A stretch of DNA of 64,000 nucleotides from Macrostomum lignano (Eukaryota): NCBI GenBank assembly GCA_002269645.1, contig NIVC01000035.1, positions 372,001 to 436,000 on the forward strand, in the 5' to 3' direction. Numbering within the stretch: the first letter of the stretch is position 1; every line of letters begins with the position of its first letter. A program made the position numbers and the translations under genes. The notes below the pieces were generated by a model. It was not told the origin of the DNA, did not search any database, and saw nothing but the letters and a program-made list of their open reading frames with translations. This document shows, in pieces, positions 13,101 through 26,168 of this stretch.

Positions 13101-16100
13101 GCTCCCAGTAGCAGACAAGATGCAGTTGGATCCATTCGGTCTGGCTTTCAATGCTGCGCTCGAATGCTTGGATAGCTCGGTGCGAGTTGCCGGATAGCAG
13201 CTGCTGACGGCCCTGAATTTGAGTTTGATAAATAATCAGAAACTTCAGGAGAATTTTTATAAGGAGGTCATTGACCTCCATAGAGAAAAAGCAAGATAAA
13301 TCAGAATCCTATCCAACCAACAATATATGGGGCCATTGACCCCATCCCCAAATGAAAGCAAAGCACCCTATTCAGAACTTTTGAAAGCGGTACATTAAAT
13401 AGCGACAGGAGAGGCCATTAACTCCCAGCCTCTAAAAACAATCAGCCAATAAGGGTTTAAGAATCATCGGGTGTCATTGACCCCACAAAAAACTAAGCGC
13501 TAATTAGAATATAATACCTTAACCTCAGAATCATGAGAGGGGTCATTGACCCCACAAAAATAAAGAGCCAATTAAAATCTGCTACTTAGACCTAGAATCA
13601 TGAGGGGTCATTGACCCCCAAAAGAAACTAATAGCCAATTGGAATCTACTACTTACACCTAGAATCATGAGGGGTCATTGACCCCCAAAAGAAACTAATA
13701 GCCAATTGGAATCTACTACTTACACCTAGAATCATGGAGAGGGTCATTGACCCCCCCCAACAAGAAATAAAGAGTCAATTAAAATCTATCACTTACCCCT
13801 AGAATCAGGGGGTTATTGACCCCCACAAGAAATAAAGAGCCAATTAAAATCTGCTACTTAGACGTAGAATCATGAGGGGTCATTGACCCCCTAAAAGAAA
13901 CTAAGAGCCAATTGGAATCTACTACTTACACCTAGAATCATGGAGAGGGGTCATTGACCCCCCCCAACAAGAAATAAAGAGCCAATTAGAATCTAAGACT
14001 TACGCCTAGATTCATGCCGGAGGGGTCATTGACCCTCCGTGGAAGCTAAAGAGCAAATCCACCGCTAGAAATGCCCTTATATACTCACCTGAAAGTACAG
14101 GAACATAGCCCCATCAGGGTGAGCAGCTAAGCAGGGCTCCAACAGCTGGTGGACAGCGGCTAAATCGCAGCCTCCGGCACCCAGGATATGAGCAAAGGTA
14201 GTGTGATAGACTAGCAGTATAATCCTGCCCAGGGGTGCCCGGACACTGCCGTCCAACTCGGTGGCCAGCCGAATCTGCTCGAGTCCGTATCGCCTGTCGC
14301 CGGAGAATCCAACGAACTCCAACAGTCTGAGCAATCGGGGCGGCAGCAGACTCAGCAGCAGATTGAAAGCGCCTTCTCCAATTCTGGCGCCGCTTTCGAA
14401 ATGCAAGCGCAGTTCGGCGTTCAACCAGCGGCGCTTGTGCAACAGGCGCCAGCACTCTTTGTAGGCTTTGTAGCACTCGCGAATCTTGATGCCGCCCTGA
14501 ATTGGATTGTTGTGATGCGGTCTTTGTTCAGTCTAAGCCAGTCGCTGTACAGATAAACTCAGTCTTTGTTCAGCCTAATCTAGTCTGTACAGATAACTCA
14601 GTCTTTTTTCAGACTAATCTAGTCTGTACAGATAACTCAGTCTTTGTTTAGCCTAATCTAGTCTGTACAGATAACTCAGTCTTTGTTCAGCCTAATCTAG
14701 TCCGAACAGATAACTCAGTCTTTGTTCAGCCTAATCTAGTCCGAACAGATAACTCAGTCTTTGTTGAGCCTAATCTAGTCCGAACAGATAACTCAGTCTT
14801 TTTTCAGCCTAATCTAGTCTGTACAGATAACTCAGTCTTTGTTTAGCCTAATCTAGTCTGAACAGATAACTCAGTCTTTGTTCAGCCTAATCTAGTCTGA
14901 ACAGATAACTCAGTCTTTGTTCAGCCTAATCTAGTCCGAACAGATAACTCAGTCTTTTTTCAGCCTAATCTAGTCTGTACAGATAACTCAGTCTGTTTAG
15001 CCTAATCCAATCTCTGTACATATAGACTCTGTCTGTCTTTGTTCAGCGTGTTAACAGTCTGATTGGTATTTTTCAACTCAAATCTGATCTTTGTTAACGT
15101 CGAACTCAGTCGATTTACAGTTTTTGTCTTTGTTTGCACAAAAATTTAATTGGACGTTTTTATGATGAACTCTGGTCTTTGTGGTCTGAATTGTGGTCTT
15201 TTTCACAGTGAAATGTGGTCTTTCTTCACAGTGAAATGTGGTCTTTCTTCACAGTGAAATGTGGTCTTTGTTTACAGTGAAAAGTGGTCTTTGTTCACAG
15301 TGAAATGTGGTCTTTGTTTACAGTGAAATGTGGTCTTTGTTCACAGTGAAATGTGGTCTTTGTTCACAGTGAAATGTGGTGTTTGTTTACAGTGAAATCG
15401 ATCTAGAGTCCATTTTTAAAAGATTTGTTTTATACGAGTGTATTCAAAACCATCAGGCAAATTTACCTTGACAAAAGCAATAAAATTCTCGTCCTGAAGA
15501 AACGTGAGCACAGCTTTTTCTAATAACAACTCAGCGTAGCACAGCTCAGCGTGGCACTGCTCGTCAGTGAAATCGTTCGGCTGACGAGACGCTACGAAGC
15601 CTCGGCGTCGTAGCCGCTGAGAGACTTGCAGGCCCTGTTTAGTGGCGTCCAAAGCCTGCTGTATGTTAGGGCGCTCCATAGTCATGGAGGCCTGCAGGTA
15701 GCAGATGGTGGCGTAGCCCAGGCTGTGGTACATGGATGTGGCCGACCTGGGTATTGTTGGTGTCATCAAATGTGTGACATTTTCTGTGCCTTATCTGACT
15801 ACTGGATATCTATTAATGGCGTCATCGATATCTAATAATTGCGTCATCGATATCTAATAATAGTGTCATCGATATTTAATAATGACGTCATCGATATCTA
15901 ATAATGGCGTCATCGATATCTAATAATGGCGTCATCGATATCTAATGATAGCGTCATCGATATTTAATAATTACACCATCGATATCTAATAATAGCTTCA
16001 TCGATATCTAATAATAGCGTCATCGATATCTAATAATAGCGTCATCGATATCTAACAATGGCGCCATCGATATCTAGTAATTGCGTCATCGATATCTAAT

Positions 16101-17487
16101 AATAGTGTCATCGATATTTAATAATGACCTCATCGATATCTAATAATGGCGTCATCGATATCTAATAATAGCGTCATCGATATCTAATAATAGCGTCATC
16201 GATATTTAATAATTACGCCATTGATATCTCATAATAGCGTCATCGATATCTCATAATAGCGTCATCGATATCTAATGATAGCGTCATCGATATCTAATAA
16301 TAGCGTCATCGATATCTAATAATAGCGTCATCGATATTTAATAATTACGCCATCGATATCTCATAATAGCGTCATCGATATCTCATAATAGCGTCATCGA
16401 TATCTAACAATGGCGCCATCGATATCTAGTAATTGCGTCATCGATATCTAATAATAGTGTCATCGATATTTAATAATGACGTCATCGATATCTAATAATA
16501 GCGTCATCGATATCTAATAATAGCGTCATCGATATTTAACAATGGCGCCATCGATATCTAATAATAGCGTCATCGATATCTAATAATAGCGTCATCGATA
16601 TCTAATAATGGCGTCATCGATATCTAATAATGGCGTCATCGATATCTAGTAATGGCGTCATCGATATCTAATAATGGCGTCATCGATATCTAATAATAGC
16701 GTCATCGATATTTAATAATAACGCCATCGATATCTAATAATAGCGTCATCGATATCTAATAATAGCGTCATCGATATCTAACAATGGCGTCACCGATATT
16801 TAATAATGGCGTCATCGATATCCAATAATGGCGTCATCGATATCTAATAATAGCGTCATCGATATCTAACAATGGCGTCATCGATATTTAGTAATAACGC
16901 CATCGATATCTAACAATGGCGTCATCGGTATTTAATAATGGCGTCATCGATATCTAATATTGGCGCCATTTATAACCTAAAGTACATTTCAAGTGATTTA
17001 AAAACCAACTCACAGCGGTTCCATTACGGCCCTGGCCTTCTCAAACTGGTTACTAAGGAACAGGTCTAGAGCATTTTGAGCTTCGCCAATCGACTGGAGC
17101 AAGTCTGGCAAGTCAGCTGGTGGCGGCAAAGGAGGCTGTTGAGCGGCATCCCCTAGCAACTGAGAGGCTGATTCCTCTCGTTCCAAGGCCATTGCAGAAT
17201 CAACACCATTTACACTGTGAAAAGAAAAATTAAATTAGTGCTGAGACATGCCTGCATACAGAATTGATATTTTAAATAAAAACCTAATCACTTACACTGC
17301 ATCTTGATCTTCAGCTTCATCATCAGATAGAAACTCAACAGCATCTTCAAATGCCTAAATTTTAAGTTATGTTAGCTTAGTGTCTTAACATGTTAAACAA
17401 TTTATTTATTAAAAAAGTAGCAAGTAAAAAATGATAACTTACCTCTTCATCATTCATACTCTGAAGACTTTCTTTGTCCTTTTCCAT
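10180..17487 (-). CDS. TTC39: Tetratricopeptide repeat protein 39 family (Iml2/TTC39), 8 coding exons, apparent 1-nt frameshift in exon 7
   Basis: Exons 17487-17443, 17354-17296, 17214-17014, 15746-15467, 14496-14089, 13212-12892, 11850-11483, 10425-10180, all GT-AG with consistent phases. Family motifs: SMYHSLGYATI, CHAELCYAE, LHLVCYWELMW, ESRWSKATLVY, RIAGKSLPIEKFA, SLESRIHFR. Exon 7 is 368 nt where 369 is needed. The exact paralogue (A/B/C) cannot be assigned. Confidence 0.9.
10575..11395. repeat. 27-bp minisatellite in TTC39 intron 7 (acacctgtcaatcataaccctaaccct)
   Basis: About 29 units, each with a telomere-like aaccctaaccct block and the core acacctgtcaatca. Confidence 0.95.
11960..12830. 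repeat. 40/43-bp minisatellite in TTC39 intron 6 (tgattgacaggtgtggggaatggcatg...)
   Basis: About 20 units. The core tgattgacaggtgt is the reverse complement of the intron 7 core. Confidence 0.95.
13330..14045. repeat. ~67-bp minisatellite in TTC39 intron 5 with the palindrome ggggtcattgacccc
   Basis: ggggtcattg recurs at 13604 and 13671. About 10 imperfect units. Confidence 0.9.
14520..15010. repeat. 39-bp minisatellite (cagataactcagtctttgttcagcctaatctagtctgta), TTC39 intron 4
   Basis: About 12 units. Confidence 0.92.
15195..15400. repeat. 23-bp tandem repeat (cagtgaaatgtggtctttgttca), TTC39 intron 4
   Basis: About 9 units. Second, unrelated array in the same intron. Confidence 0.9.
15810..16965. 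repeat. 22-bp minisatellite (taataatagcgtcatcgatatc), TTC39 intron 3
   Basis: About 52 units, each with atcgat. Confidence 0.96.
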
Positions 17488-18359
17488 CTTTTAAACTGAA
17501 TAAAGCACTGAAAAACAAAAAAATAATGGATGGTATATCAACTGTCTTGTTTATAATGCCATACTTAGATAGCTTTTGAAACTTTGAAAGTTTTAAGCAA
17601 TCAGCTTAAATGCATTGGTCCCCTGATATTTTTAATTACTTTGAAATCTTTTTTGGGCCAATTTAGGGTTTTAATTTTGAAGCTTACTGAATAAGATTAG
17701 CAAAAAAATACAAATAAAATTGGTAAGATATAGAGCATTCTGCCCAAAAAATACAAAGCCTAAAAATTATAAGAACATATAATTAAAAAATATTGAAATA
17801 GTTCAATATCTAAATTATCAAAATTAAGAAAAACCTTGTTGCAGGAAAAACTTGACAAGAAAACCTTCAGCAAGAAATCCTCATTGCAGGAAAAGCTGAT
17901 GGCCTCATGCAAGCAAATTTCAGTAGGATTTTTTTGCAATAATTTTTGTGCTTCTAATAAGATATAAGTAATGAAAAAACTTGTTAAAATAAATATTATT
18001 GATTTGATAGGCCTACTAATAATATTATTAAATATACAATGAAGCGTATATAATATAATTCTAAATTTATAGATAACAAGCTGTTGAAACCGGCGGATTT
18101 TGAACCTGGGGAATTCTAATCCCTGGAACTACTTTTGCATGTATTCTGAAATCTAAGGCCATACACAAACAAAAACTTGTTAATAGTATTAGTAGGATAG
18201 AGGTAGACATAAAATGGACACATTTGTGTAAAATTAGGATTTGAGGCAAACATCAATTTGATATTGTTGGCTGGGGTACTGCACAGAATGTCAGGCAATG
18301 TTTATCTGACTCTAAAACATCCTTTAGGATATCCCTAGCATCCTTTAAAATTGCTATTG

Positions 18360-18649
18360 TCTTTTCTGTTTCCTCTCTTCTCTCTTGTCCCTCGTCTCTC
18401 CCCTCTTCTCTTGTATCTTCCCTCATCTCTCTTCTCTTTTATCTCTCTTATCTCATCTCTTGTCTCTTCTTTTCTCTCTCCTCTCCTCTCTCCCCCTCTT
18501 CTCTCTTCTCTTCCTTCTCCTCTCTATCCTTTTCTCTCTCCTCTACTCTCTCATCTCTCCTCTTTCCTCTCTCTCATCTCTTCTTTCCTCCCTCCTCTCT
18601 CCCCTCTTCTCTCCCCTCTTTTCTCTCTCATCTTTGCTCTCTCATCTTT

Positions 18650-18734
<85 letters not shown>

Positions 18735-19400
18735 TTTCTCTCTTATCTCTCTACTTTCTCCCCTCTCCATTCTCCTCTTACCACTCCTCTCTCCTCACTC
18801 ACTTCTCTACCTTTGTCTCTCCTCTCTCCTCTCATCTTTGTAATCTCTCCTCTGTTCTCTCTACTCTCCCATCTTTCATCTGTTCACTCTCGTCTCTGCT
18901 CTCTCATCCCCCTTTTTAATCTGGCATGTCTGTCTTATATGTTCTCTCACCTCTCTCCTCTGTACTCTTTTCTTTCCCCTCTTTTGACTCCTCATTTTCC
19001 TTTCTCCTTTCTTCTTTTCTCTTCTCTTCTCTTTTCTATACTGTCTCCCTCTCTTCTCTCTCTCCACTCTCCTTTATCTCTCATCTCTCCTTCCACCTTT
19101 CATCTCTACAACCTTAGAGATGTAGAGATGTATCTTTATCTCTTCTCTCTTCCCTTTACTCTCTCATCTCTTCTTTCACCTCTTTCCTCTATGCTCTCCT
19201 CTCTGCTGTCTTCTCTCTCCTCTTATCTGCAGCTCTCTGCTCTCTCATCTCTACTCTCTCCCCTTTTCTCCCCCTCTCTCTCTCATTGTCCTCACCCCTC
19301 ATCTCTCCTATTATCTTTTATCTTTTCTTTTATCCCCTCTGTCGCCTCTCCTATCTTTGAATCGTCTATTCCTTCTTCTTTCCACTCTCATCTGCCCCTC
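18360..19400. repeat. CT-rich low-complexity tract with a pure (CT)n core at ~18650-18722
   Basis: Seen directly. The L/S/P ORFs here are artefacts. Confidence 0.93.
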
Positions 19401-21387
19401 AGCCATGAGCTGGATTCTTTATCTGGTCTTTGAGGTAAAAATCTGCCCATCCCTGCTTGGAAAGCCAGTTTGTAGGACGTAGTACTCTCATGGTTGTTCT
19501 CATGCTTTGATCATGTCATCTTTCTTGCCAATTTGCAGCCTTGAAAGGAATTTGTGTATCTTCAGCTCCACTGCAGTCTGAATCAGTCTAACTACCAAGG
19601 AAAAACACATTTCTTAGGCCATTTAAAATTTACACAGTACCTTTAAAAGAAACCTAAAATTTCCATGGTGTGCCTAATTTAGTAGGGTTGTATAGATTGC
19701 ATTGCATCGCATTGCCTTTTCATAAATCTTTCGCTTTTACAAACCATGCTAGATTCCCTCGATTTGCCAATTGCCATCCACTGTTAAACTGCTACAGAGT
19801 TTGCCAATACAGAGGGGAGGGCAGTGGTTAGAATTTCTTACTAAACTGTTATGGCTAAACATAGCCTCTCCAGAGTCTCCACTCTTGGGGTGCAGAGAAG
19901 GCTATAAATAAAATTATTCCAAAACACTGTACATTTGCTATGTACATTCAGTCCTATCGCCTGACCCTTGGTCTGGCTCTGGGGGAATGAATAAGTGAGT
20001 GGCACAAACAACAGAAAAAGCAGACAAACTTCACATGTTTACAGTTTCTGTTCTGATTGAGTTACAGAGTTGAAACTTTACATTTAGACAGAGAATGAGT
20101 CAATGAAGAATTGTGTCAAGTTTGAAGTTAATTGCTTTACATGGAGCAAACTTATGGCAGCTGAAAGTTAGTAATTTTGAAACCCCTTTTACACATCTGG
20201 GCCCAGATTGGGATCAGGAAAGAGAGGCAGGCTTGAGGACCTTCTGGCTGTTAGCGTTTTTTTACAAAATGCAGCATGCTGCATATCAAAGTTAAGAGAG
20301 CAAGGGGTAGGCCTAGTCATTAGTAGATAGACTTGACCAAATTTTTTGTGGCTGCTTCTTAGCCTTGGCAGTAGAGTAAAGACAGTAGAGTAGACAGTAG
20401 ACAGTAGACAGTAAAGACAGTAGAGCAAGTTAGCCTTGGCAGTAGAGTAAAGACAGTAGAGTTTAAGAGTCTTTTATCACTATTAGAATTATGGTCAATA
20501 CTTTATTGGAAATGCACAATACCATGTTATTAAAGTTGAATTGGTTAGATAATAAGGCCTAAATATTGTGAATCAATAAACTTGAAAGTTGTTATTGCAA
20601 AGTGGCAAGTCAAGTAGCTAAAATTAAAAAGTCAAATGGCCTATTCAATATAGAATCTTCAAATAGGCCTATTCTTAAAGAATGCCAATTGATTTGTTAA
20701 AGACAATTTTTCTATAAGTTTTTAATATTATATCAAAGTGCAAATAGTATAAGCTTGGCATTTAGCAGTTGAATTTTGCAATTAGTAAGCTTTTTGACAA
20801 TGTTGGAAAGCTTGCTGAACAATTCAACAATGTCATTTCAAATGAAGCACAATAGCACATTATTGCACAAGGCTTATTGGTCAATGTTTGACCTATACTC
20901 AATTTTTATGGCATAATTAATAAATATTCAATTTTTGTTTAAGCATATATACCCAGTGTGATCTATACTAGGCCCTATAGACTGCATTAACATACACTAA
21001 TAATACTTAAGCCTAACCAGGCCTAGGCCTAACCTAAGCCAAGACATGGCTAGAGTTCTAGTACTAGAACCCATTTTCTAATGGCTAGGGCCTAGGCCCT
21101 ATGGATCTGGCAGTTGAGTCTTCTGCAGGTAACTTTCATCTTTCATCTACTAATGAAATCTTTGAACATTAGAAGTATTTTGTTTTGAATCTCATTATTT
21201 TGTTTTGATCTTAGGGCCTATCTTATCTTGAACAAAATCTCAATAGGCCTATCAACCATCCGTTAAAAAAAGTAAAATGTTTACTGCTATATTATACCCA
21301 TAAATTGCACTGAGTTCATAAAAGTCGGGACTCGGGATTGGTTGGGATTGGGATCAAGATTTACCATTGGCATCTAGGCTTATTAAG

Positions 21388-21649
21388 GAGCCTCTTCATA
21401 GCAATCGATTCCAGAACCAGAATCGGTTCGGATTTCCAAGAAAAAAAGCAGTATAACTATTTAACTTTGTTGAATGTTTGACTGCCGTAACAGCCTCACT
21501 TTGCACAATTTATCACTTTCTTCTTGGCTTTTGCCATTCAATAATCACAATTTTAAAGCACTAATATCCCTCTAGTTTAGGAGACAAAAAGTTATACTTT
21601 ACAAAATGGTTCTGGTTCTAGAACCAGAACAAGCAATATGAAGAGCCTC
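21388..21649. mobile_element. Possible MITE with imperfect terminal inverted repeats
   Basis: Left gagcctcttcata..ccagaaccagaa versus right ttctggttct..tatgaagagcctc (inverted). No clear TSD. Confidence 0.4.
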
Positions 21650-21706
21650 TAGGTAGGCCTATACGATGGCTAAGTACATGCTTGGGCGCAACCCCGGCCT
21701 AGTGAT

Positions 21707-21831
21707 TCACCCGGCCGTTTCTATTGGCAACACCACATGTAAGTCGCAATTGGACGGAATAATAGTCACGTGACTGCTCTCAGCCAATAGCGACTTACAT
21801 GTGTGTGTTGCCAATAGAAACGGCCGAGTGA
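21707..21831. other. 125-bp palindrome (~45-bp arms) with GTCACGTGAC in the loop; MITE or regulatory element
   Basis: Arms cggccgtttctattggcaacaccacatgtaagtcgc / gcgacttacatgtgtgtgttgccaatagaaacggccg. E-box palindrome at 21765-21774. Four CCAAT/ATTGG motifs. Confidence 0.8.
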
Positions 21832-23378
21832 TTTCCAAGGTTGAGCATGTATGGAAGTAAGGATCCATTTATTATTATAATAAATAGGCACATGTATTTA
21901 TTAGTAGGCCTATTAGTAGTCAAGCGATATTATTATTAATATTACTATACTAGCCTAACTTGTTTGTAGTTTAGTATAAGTTAGTAGGCCCTACTTACTA
22001 CTAGATCGTAGAGGCCAGACAAACTCAGGTTTTGGTCAAGTCAAGTGACCAAACTTTGGGAGTTCGAACTGAGTATTCAAGTCAAGTTTTGTTGCATGAG
22101 CAGTCGAGTAGAAAGAAAATTCGGTAGTTCTTGATTTTCAAACCTCAACCTATTTGACTATTGTCATATTTTTTCACTAAACTTCGTAATTTTCATTTTG
22201 TTAGTATTTCCAATAATTAAAGATTATCAAATAATACTTTTAGTACAAAATTGGGCTTTTTAATTACTTTTTGTTTGAGTAACTTAATTAATTCATTTAA
22301 CTGAAGATATTCTAGGAAATCAAAAATAACCTCGAACCGAAGGCTCGAACTAAATAAACGAATCAATTCGGCATACTGCCATACTTGCCTCATTTAGTCC
22401 TTTCAAAATTGCTTCTAAGCGATTTTTCGGGTATACCTAAAATTAAAAAACCTTTTATAATCCCGCCTAACTTTTCCCGACTCCTGACACTTACTCCCGA
22501 CATGGTCGGCAATCTGAAAAAACACCGGGTCCCAACCAAGAACCAAGTTGGGATCGGGATCGGGATCCCGGTCGAACTCTACTAGGTTCTATGTATTATC
22601 TTGCAATAGCAGCATACTTCTATGGTGATCACCTTCCTGCTGACTGGCCAGCCTTTGCCTTCCTTGGAAGGCCCTATTAGTTCCCTTGGTATGGACGTAT
22701 GGTACCTTCTATTGCTTTTACTGCTGCTTGGGGTTGGATTCTGGATAGAATTGATAAACTTAGGGCCTATGTTTTGTCCACTGTCATACATGCGCAACAG
22801 TCAGCCGAGTTGGCTGATCTAGCCGACCAATTTGGTTGGTGGCCAACCAAGGTAAATCGCAAAAATGCCCACCCAAATAAATACCCAAGTAGATGTAGTA
22901 AGCTAATGAGACATTTTGCCTTAATAAGACAATCATAGTTACTCCTGCCATTTACCCAAAGTTGCATTAATTTTGCTTTAGGGTTTCTTTTACATGTAAG
23001 TCATATTTTTTGTTAAAACTAAGTTGCATAGCTGACCAAATTTTGGAGGTTGTGCATGTTTAGGCCTATCTAGGCCCCTACAGGCCTACTATTACCAAAT
23101 GCTATTGAAATCAATTGGGATTAGCCAGGGACTACCATGCTACAGGAATTCCCATATTTGCAGGAATTCTATGTATAGGAAACAGGTAAGTAGAGTTTTT
23201 TTAAAGTGTCTATAGGAATTTTAAAATAAACCTAATAATATCAAGTTTACCTATTTTGTTATATAATTGAACTTGAGGTTTTATAGGTTCTCTATATTGT
23301 TGAGAGAAACAAGGTGTTTGAAAGTATGTCCTATATTATATAACTTTAAAAAGAATGTTCCCTGATTCTATTATATTA

Positions 23379-26168
23379 GGGGGTCCAGTAAGAAAATTTT
23401 TTGTGAAACTCAAATTTTTAACTAGGCCATGTTGTAGCTCTGGATGTTATGAGTGAAATGATACTAGACTTTTGAAAATTGATCTAGTAATAAAAAAGTT
23501 ATGAAGTTTTTTGTTTAAAAAATGGTGTTTTTTTCCTATCTCAGAAAAGTTTGTTTTTTGCAGTAAAATGTCTGTAACTTTTTTACTTCATAACCGATTT
23601 TAGTGTTTAAGGTGTTATTTTGTAGATTTTTGTTACCATAACATTTTCTAATATTTTGTACATATATACTATTCTTTATAAGCAGATATCTAGGGATTAA
23701 GACAAAAGGGGAAGAAATTTTTTTCTAGAGTACCACTTTTTGGCTTTATCATGGTATTCTTTCTATAAACCTTAATTTGTATTACTTTCATGTTAAAGTA
23801 ATACTATAATTAGTAAGATTTTTGACTTTCTACTGTAAGTAGTATGCAAAAAGTTGACCATTATTTCCATGAAAATGGGTCTTCTAAAGTATCACTCTGG
23901 TTGTCTAAAAATTGATGTAGCTCCTGACAATCTTAATCTTCTATCTTCATGCTGAAGTCATTAAAAACTTTTTTTGTAGTCCATCTGACAATTGTAATGA
24001 ATCAATGCTTTACTAAGTAATTATGTTACTAAATCATGTACTTTCATGTTTGAAAAGACCATGCCCAAATTCAGCAATTGAATCTACTTTTACAGTTTAC
24101 CTGCACTATTTGATTCATTTACTTGTTCACTGTGTCCACTTTTCAGCACAATTCGCTTTCCATTGTAATCCAGTCAATTTGTCTGCTACCACTTCATCTG
24201 AAGTCAGCTTGTCAGCAAATATCTGAATGAGCATTTCGTCTACTGTGCTGGTCTTCTCATTGTACTATGAGTCTACTACAGTACTACAACTGTAGCTACT
24301 ACAGTCAAGCCAGTCAGGCATGAGACAATGTTACAGGGTGGGTTTCAGGGCTTTGACACAAATGTATAGGTCGCATCATTGGCAGTGTCAAGGGTGTCAG
24401 CTGCATCAGCTGGCAGGCAGTCAATAAAATGTGAGTGCATGCCTTTCATCTCCAGTATTAAGGTGCCTACAGCATCAGCACCAGCTGTGGGCAATACGAA
24501 TCGGCTTGGTTGACATGGCCTGGCAGCTGGAGACTGGAGTCGCCAACTGCGCAACAACAGTTTGCTAAGACGGACACCAGTTCGGCGATAAAGTGTCACA
24601 TTGCTGACTCGCTCGTAGCTAATCTAACAATCTTCGGGCAGTACAATACACAGCGTGATTACATTGTATATGTACATGTACATTATGAGAGTATGACAGT
24701 CGATTCGTCTGCTCCCTTTTTCATTCCCAGTCAGTTTGTCTGTCAGAAGCTGAATTGACTGGGGGAGACTGAGAACCCTTTTAATCAGCTCAGCTTTTAC
24801 TCAGCTGTTCCATTTTAGTGCTTTAATACTGTATTAATTAGCTTGGCAGAATGTATCAATCTGTCTGTATACACTGAACCAGACGTACTTTATAACTTTA
24901 TAACCTGTGGCTGTGGCAGGCAGTAACAAAAGTGAAGGAAAAAATGCGGGACCTGTTGAGGTCGAAGGTGCGCAAGAAAGCTGCTGGCAAGCAGAGTCCC
25001 TAGGCCATCTACATGGACCAGGCACTTGTCTTTCCTGCAGTGGTCCCAGCTGCAACTGCGCCAGAGTTGACTTCCAGCTCGCCAGTTTGCCAACATTTCT
25101 CTGCTGCTGTTGTTGCCTCGTCCCCTTTAGAGAAGAGGGGCGCCGATGCAGGCCTTCAAGAAGCTTTGAAGCGCGATCTTCGGGCCCAGCTGGAATGATC
25201 AGAGGCGACTGTGTAGAAAGCTACACCATGAGATTGTCAAGCACTCATAGCAGATACTGTATACATGTAGGTGCAGCATGTCTGGCATCTGCAAGATCTG
25301 CAAGTAAAGGATGGATTAGTAAGAAATGCATAAAAGATAAAGTATATCTTAAGTCCTGCTATCGTTTTTAAAAAAAATGCATATATGACTTCTTTTCGAA
25401 TGCACAACCCCTCAATGTACATTTTTCCTATCTCTGTAGTGTATTTTGCATGTACACCTGTGCCAATTATGCTTAATAACTTTGGTGCGGCAAAAGCTTT
25501 CAGGATGTGCCTTTAGGACAAAGAGTTTGGCCTCTTTTGCTATCATTTTATCAAAGAAACTAACTGGCCATTCTTTCGAGCTTCAAAAATTTCCCAATTT
25601 TTATGTTTCTTATAGGGATTTGCATGTATTTTGGCAATTTCCATTAAGCACACTGCAGCAAGAGTTATACTCATCCTGTCTAGCCTAAATGTTTTATTTT
25701 GTCATTAAAAGTAAGTAGCAAAAAGAATTAGGGTGGCCGCTCTTTCCATTCAAAAGTTATGGCCATTTTAAATTTTACATGTACATGTAAATGTACATGT
25801 ACATATTTTTGAACAAAAAAGTTCACTTAAAATGACCTCCAGGAAGTTACCTACACTCAGTGTGCAAGCATTCTTAGCAGTTATGCACTCATTTACTAAA
25901 AAACGAATCCTCCCGATCCCATATTTTCAAGCAAATTTGGCACAGTTTTGAAAATGTACAAAAATGTACACAATGTTTGACAGTCTGTATCTTTGTAATG
26001 GTATGTTCTAAACATGTAAACTATATGTCGTTTGAAAGATCTGTTTGCCTTCTTTTTAATGAATATAAGAACATTGTCATATTTAAAAAGTTACATTCGT
26101 TTAAAGAAGACCACTTTTTTACCATTTTTCGGTTTTGCACATGCTAAAAATAGGCTCGCTGGACACCC
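23379..26168. mobile_element. Probable decayed TA-flanked DNA transposon (~2.8 kb)
   Basis: Left TA|GGGGGTCCAGTAAG and right (rc) TA|GGGTGTCCAGCGAG match at 13/16 including the TA. AT-rich subterminal regions with aaaagttatg motifs. No recognisable transposase. Confidence 0.4.

Noticed and set aside
18351-19433. 360-aa L/S/P-rich ORF (also 49874-50644 and 61046-62641)
   Set aside because: Translation of CT/GA low-complexity DNA. The 61046 ORF is additionally antisense to a real exon.
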